A DNA stretch of 64,000 nt from Takakia lepidozioides (lineage: Eukaryota > Plantae > Bryophyta). The position numbers were made by a program, and so were the translations under genes. Below the pieces are notes generated by a model. That model saw nothing but the letters and a program-made list of their open reading frames with translations. It searched no databases and was not told where the DNA came from. Below are positions 48,796-61,520 of the stretch, one piece after another; positions within the stretch are counted from its first letter, which is position 1; each line of letters starts with the position of its first letter. Where the stretch lies: assembly GCA_030704615.1 (NCBI GenBank), contig CM060733.1, positions 38,440,001 to 38,504,000 on the forward strand, given 5' to 3'.

Positions 48796-50560
48796 CACAG
48801 TGGCCGGTACCTCTTGCCTGCCAGTCCACTCAAACAGAAAATGTCATCCTGGTTGTCTAACATGACAACTTCATGTGTCACCATGGCGCACTCAATGGTT
48901 GGCCTAGCTGGCAGCTCCATCAACCTGGCAGTTGCAACTTGCGAAGGAGCCGTCGTGGCAGTCTTGACCCTCACATCCGATGATCCCTCCGGCACTATAC
49001 CTCCCACTATCTCCGCAGAAGATGAAGTAACCTCCCCACTCTCACAGAGTGTAGCTGCCAGCCTGAAACCTCAGCTGCTCTTACCCCGGTGTCGCAATCA
49101 TGGTAGCCGAGAACAATGGAGCCTGGCACACAGATGTGGCCCCCCCCAGCAGCACACTAATTGCCGTAGCCTTGGCAACACTAGGTAGTGGTGTTGCCTG
49201 TGTAGCTCTCCCCAGTCGGGCAAGAACTAGGTGACATGGACGGCGTCGACGCTGTCTCCGCCAATGTGAATGACTGAGGAAGCCTGGCCTGACGGCTTGC
49301 CTTCCCACGTTGTGGATCCAACTCCACCTCCGCACCCCATGGCTCGGGAACTCATGCTGCTCCTCGAGTCACTGCCGCAGCTTACTTCACTTGCACTAGT
49401 GGTAGTCCTGCCCTGCACATAGTGGTAGTGGTAGTGTTGCCCGGCACTAGTGGTAGTGGTGCCCCACCCACAATGGTAGTGGTAGTGGCACCCCTCACTA
49501 GTGGTAGTGCCTCCCCATGCATGAATCCCATGTCTCCCATGTCTCCTCCCTCAGGAGCAGGAGGTGGACCATCCAGCCTTGGAGCCGGTACCACCTGAGC
49601 TGTGGCCATGGCAGCGAGCCTCTGCTCTAGCTGTTGAAGCCGGTTGGCCATGCGAGGTTTACTATTTCATGAGCAGAAACCATGAGCCATGAGCCATGAG
49701 CCGCATGAGCCGCATGAGCGGTGAGCCGAAGTCTAAGATACGCGGTTTTCATGAGCGGACTTCTCCAAATTTGGAAATGCGGCAGATTAAAAAAAAAATT
49801 AAAATAATAGTTTTTAATTTGACATTGCTGTTTTTGGAAGTCCCATATCCTATAATGCGGCAAAGATATGTCGTGAGTAACAATTCCGCTCATGGTTTTG
49901 TAAATCTGCTCATGGAAAAAACTGACCTTGCAATGAGAAATCCAGTATACCACAGCAAAAGGACGCTGCATACTGGCGTGTATAGAGTATTCCGCGGTTT
50001 TATATGCCCTAACATTGGAATGAAGCTGACCCTTCTGTCACGATTGTATGATCCCCATGCAACAACACAGTCTGCAGTGCTTGAAAATTCTTGCTTCTTC
50101 CTGCATTCTGCGGGAAAGGTTTGCCACTCCACTAGGAAATGCGGTGCCGCATTACGGTTCGCACGTGCGAGAATTCTGAGGGGTTCAGTGTTCTCGACGG
50201 TCGGCGCCCTGAAGACTCGGTGCGATTATCTTACTATGACCAAGGCTGCAACTACTAGTACCTACTACGTTACTTGGAACTGCGGCGCCGCATTTTCTTG
50301 CCGGGGGTCGAATGAGATAAGCAAAGTTTGGGAGAGCAGAAAAACAAGAACCCCCAAAAAAAAACAAAATCCAGGCACGTGGAAACAGAAGGTAATGACA
50401 TAGTATTATCTTAGTTTGACCAAAATAGGTTACTGGTAGACAAGACATAAGTCAAACCTTTCTGTAGCCAAAGTTAGAGGTACTTGCAGTAGTACAGTTC
50501 TACTATAACTGAAACCGAAAAGGATGGGCGTAACATTGTCTTGTGCCCCGCAAGCCAAGC

Positions 50561-51400
50561 TCACTGGTCCCCTGGATCCATATTCAGAAGAGTGTACATC
50601 TCGTCGGGGCTCAACGCTAGTGCATGTATGAAGTGATGAGTTGTGGAATTACACCAGAGGCTCTTTAGGTACACGTAGTACAAATGCTTGCAAGGGCAGT
50701 ATGATGCCCCCCTTCTTCGCCATGATCTGGAAGTCGGTGCAATTGCAGGTGGGTAATTCTGAAATGGTGATGGTGTACACCTCATTGCGGACAACTGAGC
50801 CTGCCGTGGCCATCTGATACACACGCCCGAAGCCTGGTGGGGGCATTTATGTTGAGCTCTGGATTGTATAGTTCATCCCAAGTGCATTCCCCATCCTTGT
50901 CTCGTTCACTTTTGAGGGAGGTCGCCGTCTCTTCGGTTTTCCCCAACGGTGTGTAGGATGCTTAGAGTTGTCACATACATTTGTTCTTGCTCTCATAGGG
51001 CCGGTGGTGGAGGCTGTGGAACCGGAAATGGTTGTCTGGGGACGTCAGTGCGCTGCACCATCCAAAATCCTGCTGCAGTAAGGGCGTCGGCCTCAACCTG
51101 ACTCATATTGTATCCCGGTTCCACCAGCCACACCGGGGGAGCCTCTGGCACTGCTTGTATGCCGTACTTGGGCTTTCCATAGACACAAGTCATAATGTCA
51201 TGCCTACAGAACCAGAACTGGGTCGTCGTCGCCTCCGCAAACTTTGCATGGACAAATCTTCCCCGTGAAAGTAGGACAGGGACAACCCCAACTGGGTTCC
51301 TTCTTATCATCTATCCACAATGTTGTCGTGTATCACTCGAATTGCAGAACACTTGCCTCATATGGGGTGCCGCAGACTGACACCGAATTTGATCCACTGA
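50561..51400 (-). pseudogene. C-terminal remnant of a SWIM-finger MULE-like transposase
   Basis: FWFCRHDIMTCVYGKPKYG, YTITISELPTCNC..PCKHLYYV; frameshifted homolog of 62640-63400. Confidence 0.8.
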
Positions 51401-51564
51401 GGAGCGAGTATGGGTGGATGTCAAGGGGACGGAACTCCGACGATGCATTTTCGTCCAGGCTGCCATCAACATGTACCCCTTCAGTGGATTTTGGGCGGAC
51501 TGCCATTCGAGCTTGCGGTGGGGACGGTCGTCCCCACTACCACTTACCGTGCCTTCATGACAAT

Positions 51565-53232
51565 GGGACAGAAATGCCGCACCGCATATCCGTTCGGACA
51601 GCCATACACCCTTGCCTTCATGACAGAGGGACAGAAATGCGGTGCCGCATTTCCGTCCGGACTGCCATTAGACCTTGCCTTCATGACAATGGGGACGGAT
51701 ATGCGGTGCCGCATTTCAGTCCCCACTACCAGTTACCCTTGCCTCCATAATAGTAGGACGGAAATGTGGCACAACATTTCCGTCCCACCTACTATACACC
51801 CTTGCCTTCATGACAGTAGGGACGGAAAATCGGTTTCGCATTTCCGTCCAGACTGCCCTGAGACCCTTCCTTCATGACATTGGGGACGGAAATGCGGTGC
51901 CGCATTTCCGTCCGGACTGCCATTGGACCTTGCCTTCATGACAGTGGGGACGGATGGAAATGCGGTGTCGCATTTCCGTCCTGACTGCCATTGGACCTTG
52001 CCATCATTACAGTGGGGACGGACGGAAATGCTGCATTTCCGTCCGGACTGCCATTGGACCTTGCCTTCACTACAGTGGGGACGGAAACGCAGTGCCGCTT
52101 TTCCGTCCGGACTGCCGGAAGACCTTGCATTCATAACAGTGGGGACGCAAATGCGGTGCCGCATTTCGGCCGTCCCCACTACCAGTTACCCTGCCTCCAT
52201 AACAGTGGGATGGAAATGCGGTGCCGCATTTCAGTCGCCACTACCAGTTACCCTTGCCTCCATGACAGTGTTCCGTCCCACCTGCCATACACCCATTGCC
52301 TTCTGGAAATGCGGCGCCGCATTTCTATCCAACGACGATGACTATAGAGAAAAAAAAAATTAGGGTTCTGGTTTTTCTTACCCGCCACCCCCTGTGGTCG
52401 GAAATGCGGCACCGCATTTCCATCCAACGGGTAGAGCTAGAAAAAACAAGGAAATTTTTTTTTTGGATTTTTTTTTCTCTACCCCCTATAGGCCGAAATG
52501 TGGCGCCGCATTTCAATCCAGCGGCGATGAGAAGAGAAAAGAAAAATTTTACGGTTATTTTTTTCCCCCCCTCTACCCCCTGTTGTTGGAAATGCGGCAT
52601 CGCATTTCGATCCTGCGGGGATGACTAGAGAGGGCAAAAAAAAACAAAAAAACAAACTTCATTTATTTATTTTTTGCCTTTCACCCCTATGGACGCAAAT
52701 GCGGCGCCGCATTTCAATCCAGCGGCGATGACAAGAGGAAAAAAAGGTTAGGGTTATTGTTTTTCCTCTCTATTCCCCCTTTGTTGGAAATGCGGCGCCG
52801 CATTCCATCCAGCGGGGATGACTAGAGAACAACCAAGAAAAAAAAAAACCCCACAATTTTTATTTTTTATTTTTTTTTTCCCCCCACAGCCCCCCCCACC
52901 GTATGGACGGAAATGCGGCGCCGCATTTCAATCCAGCGGCGATGACAAGAGGAAGAAAAACGGTTAGGGTTATTTTTTTCCCCCTTCTACCCCTTGTTGT
53001 TGGAAATGCGGCACCGCATTTCCATCCAGCGGGGATGACTAAAAAAGCTGGGGGGGGGGGGGGGGATTTTTTTTGTCCCCACCCCTATGGACGGAAATGC
53101 GGCACCGCATTTCAATCCAGCGACGATGACAAGAGGAAAAAAAATGGTTAGGATTATTTTTTTTCCCCCCTTCTATCCCCTGTTGTTGGAAATGCGGCGC
53201 CGCATTTCCATCCAGCGGGGATGACTAAGGGC

Positions 53233-53266
<34 letters not shown>

Positions 53267-55025
53267 TTTTTTGTCCCCACCCCTATGGGCGGAAATGCGG
53301 CGCCGCATTTCAATACAGCGGCGATGACAAGAGGAAAAAAACGGTTAGGGTTATTTTTTTTTCCCCCTTCCATCCCTGTTGTTGGAAATGTGGCGCCGGG
53401 GGGGGAAAAAACAAACAAAGAAAAAAAAAAAAAAACTTTTTTTGTCCCCACCCCTATGGACGGAAATGCGGCGCCGCATTTCAATTTAGTGGCGATGACA
53501 AGAAAAAATAAAGTTAGGGTTGCTTTTTCCACCCCCCCCCCCCCCCCCTACCCTCTGTTGTTGGAAATGCGGCGCCGCATTTCCATCTAGCGGATGACAA
53601 GAAAAAAAAAAGAAAAAAGAAAAACTGAGAATTTTTTATTTCTTGTTTTCACCCCCTTCGGATGGAAATGCGGCACCGCATTTCAATCCAGCGGCGATGA
53701 CTAGAGGAAAAACAATCAGGGGTTATTTCCCCCCTCCCCCCTGTGGTTGAAAATGCGGCGCCGCAATTACCATCCAGCGGAATGACTAGAGGGGAAAAAA
53801 AAAAAAACACCGTCAAACGACTTTCAAAGAGCACGGGTGGATGGCAGTCGAGACGGAAATGCGGCACCGCATTTCCGTCCTGACTCACATCCCCCTTTGC
53901 ACAATGATCATCATTTGGGGAAAAGAGGTGGGCGGGATGAACCTGGCGACGGAAATGCGCTGCCGCATTTTTGTCCGGACTGACACCTACCATCACTTTA
54001 TACCTAGTGGGACGGAAATGCGGCACCGCATTTCCATCCGGGTTCCCACTGGACCATGCCTTCCTACCATTGTGGATGGATATGTGGTGCCGCATTTTTC
54101 CGTCCTAACTGACACCTAAGCATCCTTGACACATGGTGGGATGATAATCCGGTGCCGCATTTCCGTCCGGGCTCCCATTCCACCATGCATTTTTAACAGT
54201 CTGGACGGAAATGCGTTGCCGCATTTTCGTCCGGACTGACACCTAAGCATCCCTTAACACCTGGTGGGACGGAAATACGGCGCCGCATTTCCGTTTGGGG
54301 TCCCACTGGACCATGCCTTTCTACCATTGTGGATGGAAATGCGGTGCCGCATTTCCTAACTCACACCTAAGTATCCTTGATACATGGTGGGATGATAATC
54401 CGGTGCCGCATTTCCGTCCGGGCTCCCATTCCACCATGCATTTTTAACAGTCTGGACGGAAATGCGGTGCAGCATTTCCGTCTGGGCTCCAACTGTACGA
54501 TCCCTAAACAGGTGGTCAGATGGAAATGCCCGCATTCCCGTCCAGACATTGCTTTCCCGAGAGTCTGGACGGAAACGCGCCACCGTATTTCCGTCCGGAC
54601 TGATAGTGGACCATCCCTTCATTTTTGGTGGGACGGAAATGCGGTGCCGCATTTCCGTCTAGAAGACCACTTCAGTTTGCGTACTTGGCAGTTGAAGGGA
54701 AATGCGGCGCCGCATTTCCGTCCGGACTGTCATTGTACATTTTCTTAATGACAGCTTCGACGGAATTGCGGTGCCGCATTCCAGGCCCGCTACCACTTAC
54801 TGGCAGACAGGACAGCGAAACGGAAGTGTGGCCCGCATTCCCGTCGAACTTGCCAAACAACCTTTTCTTCATGATAGGATGGCCGCAAATCCAGCCATCC
54901 AGCCTTACCATCCTGAGAATAGGGACGGAAAAGCGGTGCCGTATTTCCGTCCCAGCTGCCCTCCACGCTTGCCTTCAGTAAAGAGGGTTCACGAAGGGGA
55001 CGGAAATGCGGTACCGCATTTACCA
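51565..55025. repeat. Array of about 45 palindromes GGAAATGCGGCGCCGCATTTCC with related spacers
   Basis: Manual count. About 64-bp period at 51570-52230 and 53950-55020; alternating 90-120-bp units with A/T tracts at 52300-53870. Confidence 0.95.
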
Positions 55026-58000
55026 CTGACTGCCATCCTCCCTGGCATCTTTATCCTCTTTCGTGATGCAGTAGGGAGGTATCCTGATCGAACGGCCACT
55101 AATGCCGCATCGCATTTGGTCTGTTGACTCATAGAGGCTGAAATGGCAGTTGAAGGGGTCATTGCCAACACATATTCGGAGGCGGTAATGCCGGACCGTT
55201 GCATCATCATCACTGACTGTCCAACAGACACTAGACCTCTATTTCTTCGAATTCAATTTTCCAGCGACGTAGGGGCCACCTGCCTCACGAGGAGACACGT
55301 AGGCCCTGACCTTTCGAATCCATACGGTGCATCTCCGCCGTTTGATGTCATCTTTCGCTGGTGACTCTTTCACTGCTCTAACACCCCTTCCAACACCATT
55401 CTTTGCCTCATTTCTTCTCTTTAGTTTCTCTTATGTTGCACAGCCTCATAGTGAGGTGGTGGAGGGATCGTAGGGCTCTGAAGACCCGCAGGACGAAAAG
55501 GAGGAAGCTACTGCAGCCCGCACACACCCTCGACCTTCTAGCATGGGTCCTCCTGTCGGGCCTAACCTTGTGCGCTTCAAGGACGTGCTTTGGAAAGGTA
55601 AAGGTTTCAAGTCGAAAGCAGCAGAGAAAGAGGCAATTTGACGATGAAGATGATGGAGAGTCGCCAACATGGGTCGTCCCCTTCTCCAAAAAATTAAAGA
55701 GCATGAAGCATCAGGCGGTTGTTGAGGAATATACTACCCCATCGGATCAGTCCCCTTCCCCTACGAAGAGCAGACGGGGCGGTGGAGAATCGGACGAGAA
55801 CGGAGGAGTCCCCTTCCCTTGCAAAGAGTAAGAAGCAGAAGGGGGCGAAAGCAAGGGCAGAGCAGTCTCCAGCAGCAAACCCCTCCACATGTTGAAGCTC
55901 AGTTCTTGCAGGAGTTTCAAAAGGAAACCGGGGGCAACTCTGCAGAAGCTCGGGCAGCTGCTCCGACGACGATCTCTAGCACTCCTGTCCTGGTCGCTCT
56001 TTCAGCGGATGTGTAGTGTGAAAAGAAGGGGCGTGAATCCCCTTCTGTATAATTCTAATTGTGCTTCCTTCCATTCTAAGCGGAGCAAAAGAAAGAAGGT
56101 TCTTCTAATCTGTCCAACTGTCGTCACTTGGCTGTGGGTTTCCCTCAGCTCCTTCGTGATCAGAGTTCAAGCAATCCTCATCCACGCCGCAGCGGAAGAG
56201 AAGACATGGATGGGGAGTCAAATTGTTGTTCACTCTTGGTTCTACTTTTACACAACATCCTCTACCTGCAGGTACAGCACCAACTATGCTGCCACGATGT
56301 ATTCAGTGATGCAATCAGCCCTATGTCAGTGATAAACACTGCCCTTGTGGGCAGTTCCCTTGGTCTGCAACACGTCGGAAGCCCCTTTTTGTAATGAGAT
56401 CACGGTCTAGGTGGGTGGACAGCTCAGATCTGCCATGAACTGCAGGCCCACTAGTTTGATCATTCAGGGTTCATGTCTTCTTGACCTTGCCTCTCCATTT
56501 GTCCATCCCTCATCAACCCTTTCTCCTTTTCACTTTTTCTTTCTCTCACACTCCTTTTCCTTGGTGTGTGGATTCCTCACTTTTTTCACAACAGCATGGC
56601 TATGATGCAATGCAAATGCACATCCAGCCAGGCATCCAGTGCATCCATCATTGAAGTCAACCTTGGTTACAAGACATGATCTGCCCCTCTGTCGGTCTTT
56701 CTCTTTTCTCTCTCTCCAGTGACTGGTCCTTGCACTATCTTTCCCCAAGTGGATCCTATTTGGCCAAGGTGCTTCACAACCCTTCTACAGATCTCAAATC
56801 ACACACCCTGACAGCTCTCTTTTTCTCCTCAAATGCAAACCTCAGTCATTCACATGTTGAGAACACTTCTATAAATCAGATCCAAACCCCAAAACAGTAT
56901 TGACTTTTCTTCCCCATCCACGTCATCCCTCTCAGTTCTTCAAATCCGTTTCTGTCTGACCATCCCTGTTCTCCTTTATCCACCAAGCTAGTTCTACACT
57001 GGCTCCACTGTTTTAACATCCAGGGCTGTTTTGCCGCTTATGCTGGCTGAAGACATTGAAAATAAAGAAAAGGAACACAACAACAGCAACCATTCTGACC
57101 CTGATGTGAGCTATCCTTGTCCCCTCTCTCTTTTTCCTAATGACAGTGTAACAACAGGTGCATCCATCTCCACCCTATCTGGTTTGAATTCCAGTGTCTT
57201 CATTCCATTTTCAAGGGCTTTTCTCCTCACATTTCTGTCCCCTTCAGCAGATACAAGAGACAGTTCCAAAAACTTCACAAAGTCATCCTAAGTGCCCAAA
57301 AAGAGAAGCCAACACTCTTAGAACTTATCTGTCTTATACTCGTGTGAAGCGGTGGTTCTGCCTGCTAAGCTGGCACCTCACCATCGCTGTCATCAGCCAT
57401 ATTCAAACGCTTCTTCTCATCTTGATTCCAGTTCTCATCATGTCATGACGGCTTGCTTCATCAGCTGCCAACATCCTTGTGCTTGCCAAACCTCTACCCT
57501 ATCCTTCTACATGTGTACTTCTGCCCTAAGGATTGATGTGTGCTCCTACAGCTCTAAAGACAGAAGGCAACTACAAGTCTTTAATTACAGATAACCTGAG
57601 TCGCATCCACACCAGCCTGCACTTCTCATTCCCCAACAGCTGTTGCTGCGCTCCATCTCCTCATAACTGTACTCTTCAAGACAATGGCGGCAGCGGTAGT
57701 GCACCGCTCTTAGCACCTGCTCAGCTTTCAAAATTGATTATTACCACGCAGAAGAGGCACCGCTTCTCTTTGCACAAAATGCCAAGCAGATCCCTTAACG
57801 TCGCGCTTTAAGGCAAGCTGATTCACATGGCGCAGGTGTAAGTTCCCAAGCCAGCCTGCCTGACAACTCCACGGCAGCAGCTGTGAAGAGTTGCCCGTCG
57901 TCTTCCTCCTCGTTTTCCTCAGCTCGAGTTTCTAGGTTAAACATACGCGACGAAAATCATTCATTCCAAGGATGAAAAATGCGCATGTTATGACTTAGCC

Positions 58001-58241
58001 ATATTTTGTCCTGGCAGAGCAAGAGCATAGTGTTCCCATGGAATTACCTGTAGGCCTGGGTAATTCCCTCCCGACATTAGTACCAGGCACTCCCTTTTTC
58101 ATCAATGCCGTAATTTGATGCCCAACAAAATTTTCAATGTTACTCCCCTGCATTCACACTACAGATGAAGGTGTTGTTTCTTAACATGGGGAGCTCGACT
58201 TCTCCTACCTAGAATAGGACTTTCGTGATAATAGGGGAGGT

Positions 58242-59626
58242 ATGGACGACTACATTCTCCCACATGATCTGCCCGGCTACATTCCCAAGAATACAGGCAC
58301 GGCTCTGGGTGGTCCATCTGAACAACCCCTTCCCCCACCCCCAAAAATGTCGCAAGAGGATTTTCAGAGACTCTGTCGAATGGTCTCCCTCCTGATAGTG
58401 AGGCTTGCTCTCGCAAGGGATGTGGATAAGATGAAGTTCGCATTCCAAGAAGGCTATTGGCTGGGGTCTGCCGCCTTCTATGTTTCCATTGAGGATGAGG
58501 AAGGTGGATCGCATGCCCGACAACAGAAGAGTTAGCAGCCTAGGGTCCCCACTACCACACTCGCAACACGGAATTCAAAAAAATGCTGAAGGATGATGGC
58601 GGTGTTTGGTGGCCAGCCAAAATCCCCTCTAACCCCTCTTACTATGAAAGCTGTGAAAACTGGCTCAGCAAAAAAGACACTCTTCAACCTCCGGGGGGGG
58701 CACCCGTGCGAGCTAGTGGAAATGAAGGGCAGGCCAAAGTTGGAGCCAAAAACAGTGATTCAGTGTGCGAATGAGAGTTTTTTGAGGGCATTGGATGGCC
58801 GGCCGGCCGCCAAGTTAGCACACATCAAGCAAATGGAAGGCCTGAAAGCCAAAGCTCTAAGGAAGGCGACTGCAGAAGAGCCTGTAGACACTCCAAGATT
58901 TGTAGCCATGATGGATTTCTTTGCAATGACAAGTGAAGGGAAGAATTGCATGAGGCGTGGAAAACGGACCGACTGGTCATTGATTTGATCATCTTTGGAT
59001 ATTCCAGATGGAGAGCCTCTGGAAGGACTGGATATTGTGCCCTCTTGGAGCAAGTATTTCTGAGGACTTTTGGAAGAAAGGGTTTGGGCTAGCCTGCATG
59101 GTATTGGATGACAAAGGTTGTGTGGTGGTCCTTGCCAGCAAAGGCCAAAACACAGAGGCGGGAATTGCCAAGTGGACCCGTAAGAGTGGCGTCCCAATTC
59201 TGAAGAAGATGTGGACCTGCATCAACTCAATGGGCCTTCGCTCCAAGGGAAACCAGATAATTACCGTACTGCCAAACAGAAACCGGTTGGCATTTGTAAC
59301 TGTGGATTGGAATGCGGTGCCAAATTCTGCTTATGAATGGGGTCCATTGGATTTCGGCGGCACGGCATCCTTGCAAAGGATTGCGGACGATGCTACAGGA
59401 ACAGTATTTCAACACTCAGGAGACTATGTATGGAGATGAGAATGAGTTTGCAGACATTGCCCTTCATTGCTTATACTCCACAAGATATTTGATTTCCCCC
59501 CTTACAGGGACTTGCACGGATGAAGATTGGCGGCTCTATGAATGGAGCCGTTTTCAGTTTCCATCTGTGCCATGGAAACCATGCGCCGCTTTTCTCATCG
59601 GACTGTACGTACCCGGTGGAAAATAA
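58242..59626 (+). pseudogene. Decayed transposon accessory gene: ParB/Srx-like N-terminal segment plus amino-methyltransferase-like segment
   Basis: LCRMV..VRLAL..DVDKMK..F..GY..GSAAFYVS..DEEG..W..H...N.EF..ML.DD; then across frameshifts VIDLIIxDIPDG..VPSW..EDFWKKGFGLACMVLDDKGCVVVL. The family call is recalled pattern similarity only. Confidence 0.4.
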
Positions 59627-59797
59627 GGTGCGCAATTGCTTTCACGGATCCTATGACCGCGGATAAGTACCCTATTCCTGTGGACAATCATTTCTGAAAA
59701 AAATTACTGCTCATGATTTTTTCGGCAGTTACGAGTCTGCTCATGGCTCATGCCGCTCATGGCTCATGGCTCATGAAATAGCAGCCCCCGGCCATGC

Positions 59798-60780
59798 CTT
59801 GGTCAAAACCCTGACCTCCACGTCCTTGGCCATGTTGAGCTTGCCCTTGGCCTGCACCTCGTGCCTGGCCACCTCGTCCTCTCTGGGCTGCTCCACCTCG
59901 CCCCCGGCCACCATTGTTCCCTTGGAACTGGCCTGGTCGCAACTCAGGATGCAAACCATAGCACTGGGCCTCTCCATGCCCATACTTGCCACAATGCCCA
60001 CACTGCAACTGTGCAGGCTATGCCAGTGCCAAACCATTGTCTCCCTTTGGGCAATCCTTCTTGACATGGGGTCCTCCATATGTCCAACACACCACATCCG
60101 CCCGTTGTTGGCTTGCAAATGAAGGGAGAGACCCCTACATCTGAGGTCCTCTCTGCCCTTCCCTGGGCTTCACCTGAGCCCCCTTGTTGCCTTGAGCACG
60201 TTGAGGTAATGGCTGGCTAGGAGCACCACTACCCCGTGGTGCCTCCTTAGCAAATCCCACCATGACCACTCGTTCCTCCTCCATGTTGAGCTCTATCCAC
60301 TCTGCCAGCAAAAATACATTTGCTAAGGTAGGTTGGGCCGGTTGTAGGAGAGTTGCATCCCACACCCTTCTCATCAGCTCCTTGTCCAATATCCTGTACC
60401 AGAATTGGACTGCCTCAGCTTCCGTAACCCCTTGGGTTACATTTATCAAGCGCCTCATGTGAGTAAAAGCCTCCCTCAAGCTCTCAATAGACTTCCTCTG
60501 GAACTCTTGCAAGCTCCTCAACTTCTCTATCCTCACCCCTTGGTAGTTCCTTCTCAACTCTTCGAAGAACTCCACAACAGGGTTGAAGGCAGGCACCGCC
60601 GGTGTGAGTCCTCCCGATTCACAATCCGAATCAGAACCTTCCGTAGAAGACACAGGAGGTGAAGGTGGCCTAAACCGCACACCTTGTCTCGTATACCTGT
60701 TAGTATCGTTAGTGCTCGTACCGGCACTTTCCCCAGTAACTAGTGGCACCTCCGTGTTGACAAACTGTCACTCAATCGGT
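59798..60780 (-). pseudogene. Gypsy gag (N-terminal part; continues at 49653-49000)
   Basis: EFFEELRRNYQG..LQEFQRK..ESLREAF..FWY (retrotransposon gag) and CGHCGKYGHGEAQC knuckle. Confidence 0.85.
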
Positions 60781-61047
60781 CATGCACATGTCTCTAACCG
60801 GGGGTTGCTATTCCATGAGCTCATGAGCGGTGAGCTCATGAGCTCATGAGCGGGCATGGCTAACCCATGAGCCGCAAAGTAACACTTCGAATTTCGGCAG
60901 ATTTTTTTCGGGCCAAAAACTATAAAATCGAAGATTTCCGCGCTCATGCTGGAAGCACTCCGCTCATGAGTACCAGTGTACGCTCATGACTTGGAGCCCA
61001 GGCTCATGGACCGCCAGGCCAGGTCATAGAATAACAGAATTCTGGGC

Positions 61048-61520
61048 AATAACGGCACCGAAATTATCCCAGAGGGCAGAGACGCAAGCGGAATTAGGAT
61101 CCGGGTTTGCAGACTCCGAAAACGCAATGGCGACCTATAACCGTGGATAGTACTATTGCAGAAGTGCAGGATGGTTGGGTATAACGACGCCGTAATTGGG
61201 CACAGGAAAAGAAATAGCGCGCTGAAGGCTCGGGAGTGAAGCCAACAACGGTGAAAGTAATTGGGCTCTGCCAACCAAATACCCGGCTGCATCCTCCGGA
61301 GTGCAGGCGATAACGGCGCCGAAATGGGCCCCGGAAACCAAATACTCGGCTGAAGCCACCGGAGTGCAGCCGATAACGGCGCCGAAATTGGGTCGGAAAC
61401 CAAATACCCGGCTGAAGGCTGGGGATTGCAACAATAACGGCGCCGAAATTGACCTGCGGAAACAAAATTCTCGGCTGAAGCTTCCGCACTCCATGTAATA
61501 ACGGCGCCGAAATTGGGCGT
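61048..61520. repeat. Short array of ATAACGGCGCCGAAATT units, period 61-64 bp
   Basis: Copies at 61049, 61181, 61310, 61373, 61434 and 61498, plus degenerate ones. Confidence 0.85.

Larger units (their letters stand above)
49654..59789. mobile_element. TIR DNA transposon (MULE-like, non-autonomous), 10136 bp, inside gypsy gag
   Basis: Imperfect TIR GAGGTTTACTATTTCATGAGC / GCTCATGAAATAGCAGCCCCC with many CATGAGC subterminal repeats. 8-bp TSD GGCCATGC at 49646-49653 and 59790-59797. Confidence 0.93.
44164..60799 (-). mobile_element. Ty3/gypsy LTR retrotransposon (gag-protease-DNMT-RT-integrase), decayed and interrupted by two TIR elements; 5' LTR outside window
   Basis: PPT AGGGGGGCGAT followed by 3' LTR start TGTGATGG at 44359 (far LTR end uncertain, 44164-44184). 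Domains listed below. Gag rejoins in frame (DQGMANRLQQLEQ) when 49654-59797 is removed. Confidence 0.92.

Noticed and set aside
51565-55025. CRISPR array
   Set aside because: Spacers are homologous to each other and contain homopolymers; no cas genes; eukaryotic transposon context.
51244-55127. Many 60-170-aa ORFs (KCGAAF/EMRRRIS/GNAAPHF)
   Set aside because: Six-frame translations of the palindromic repeat.
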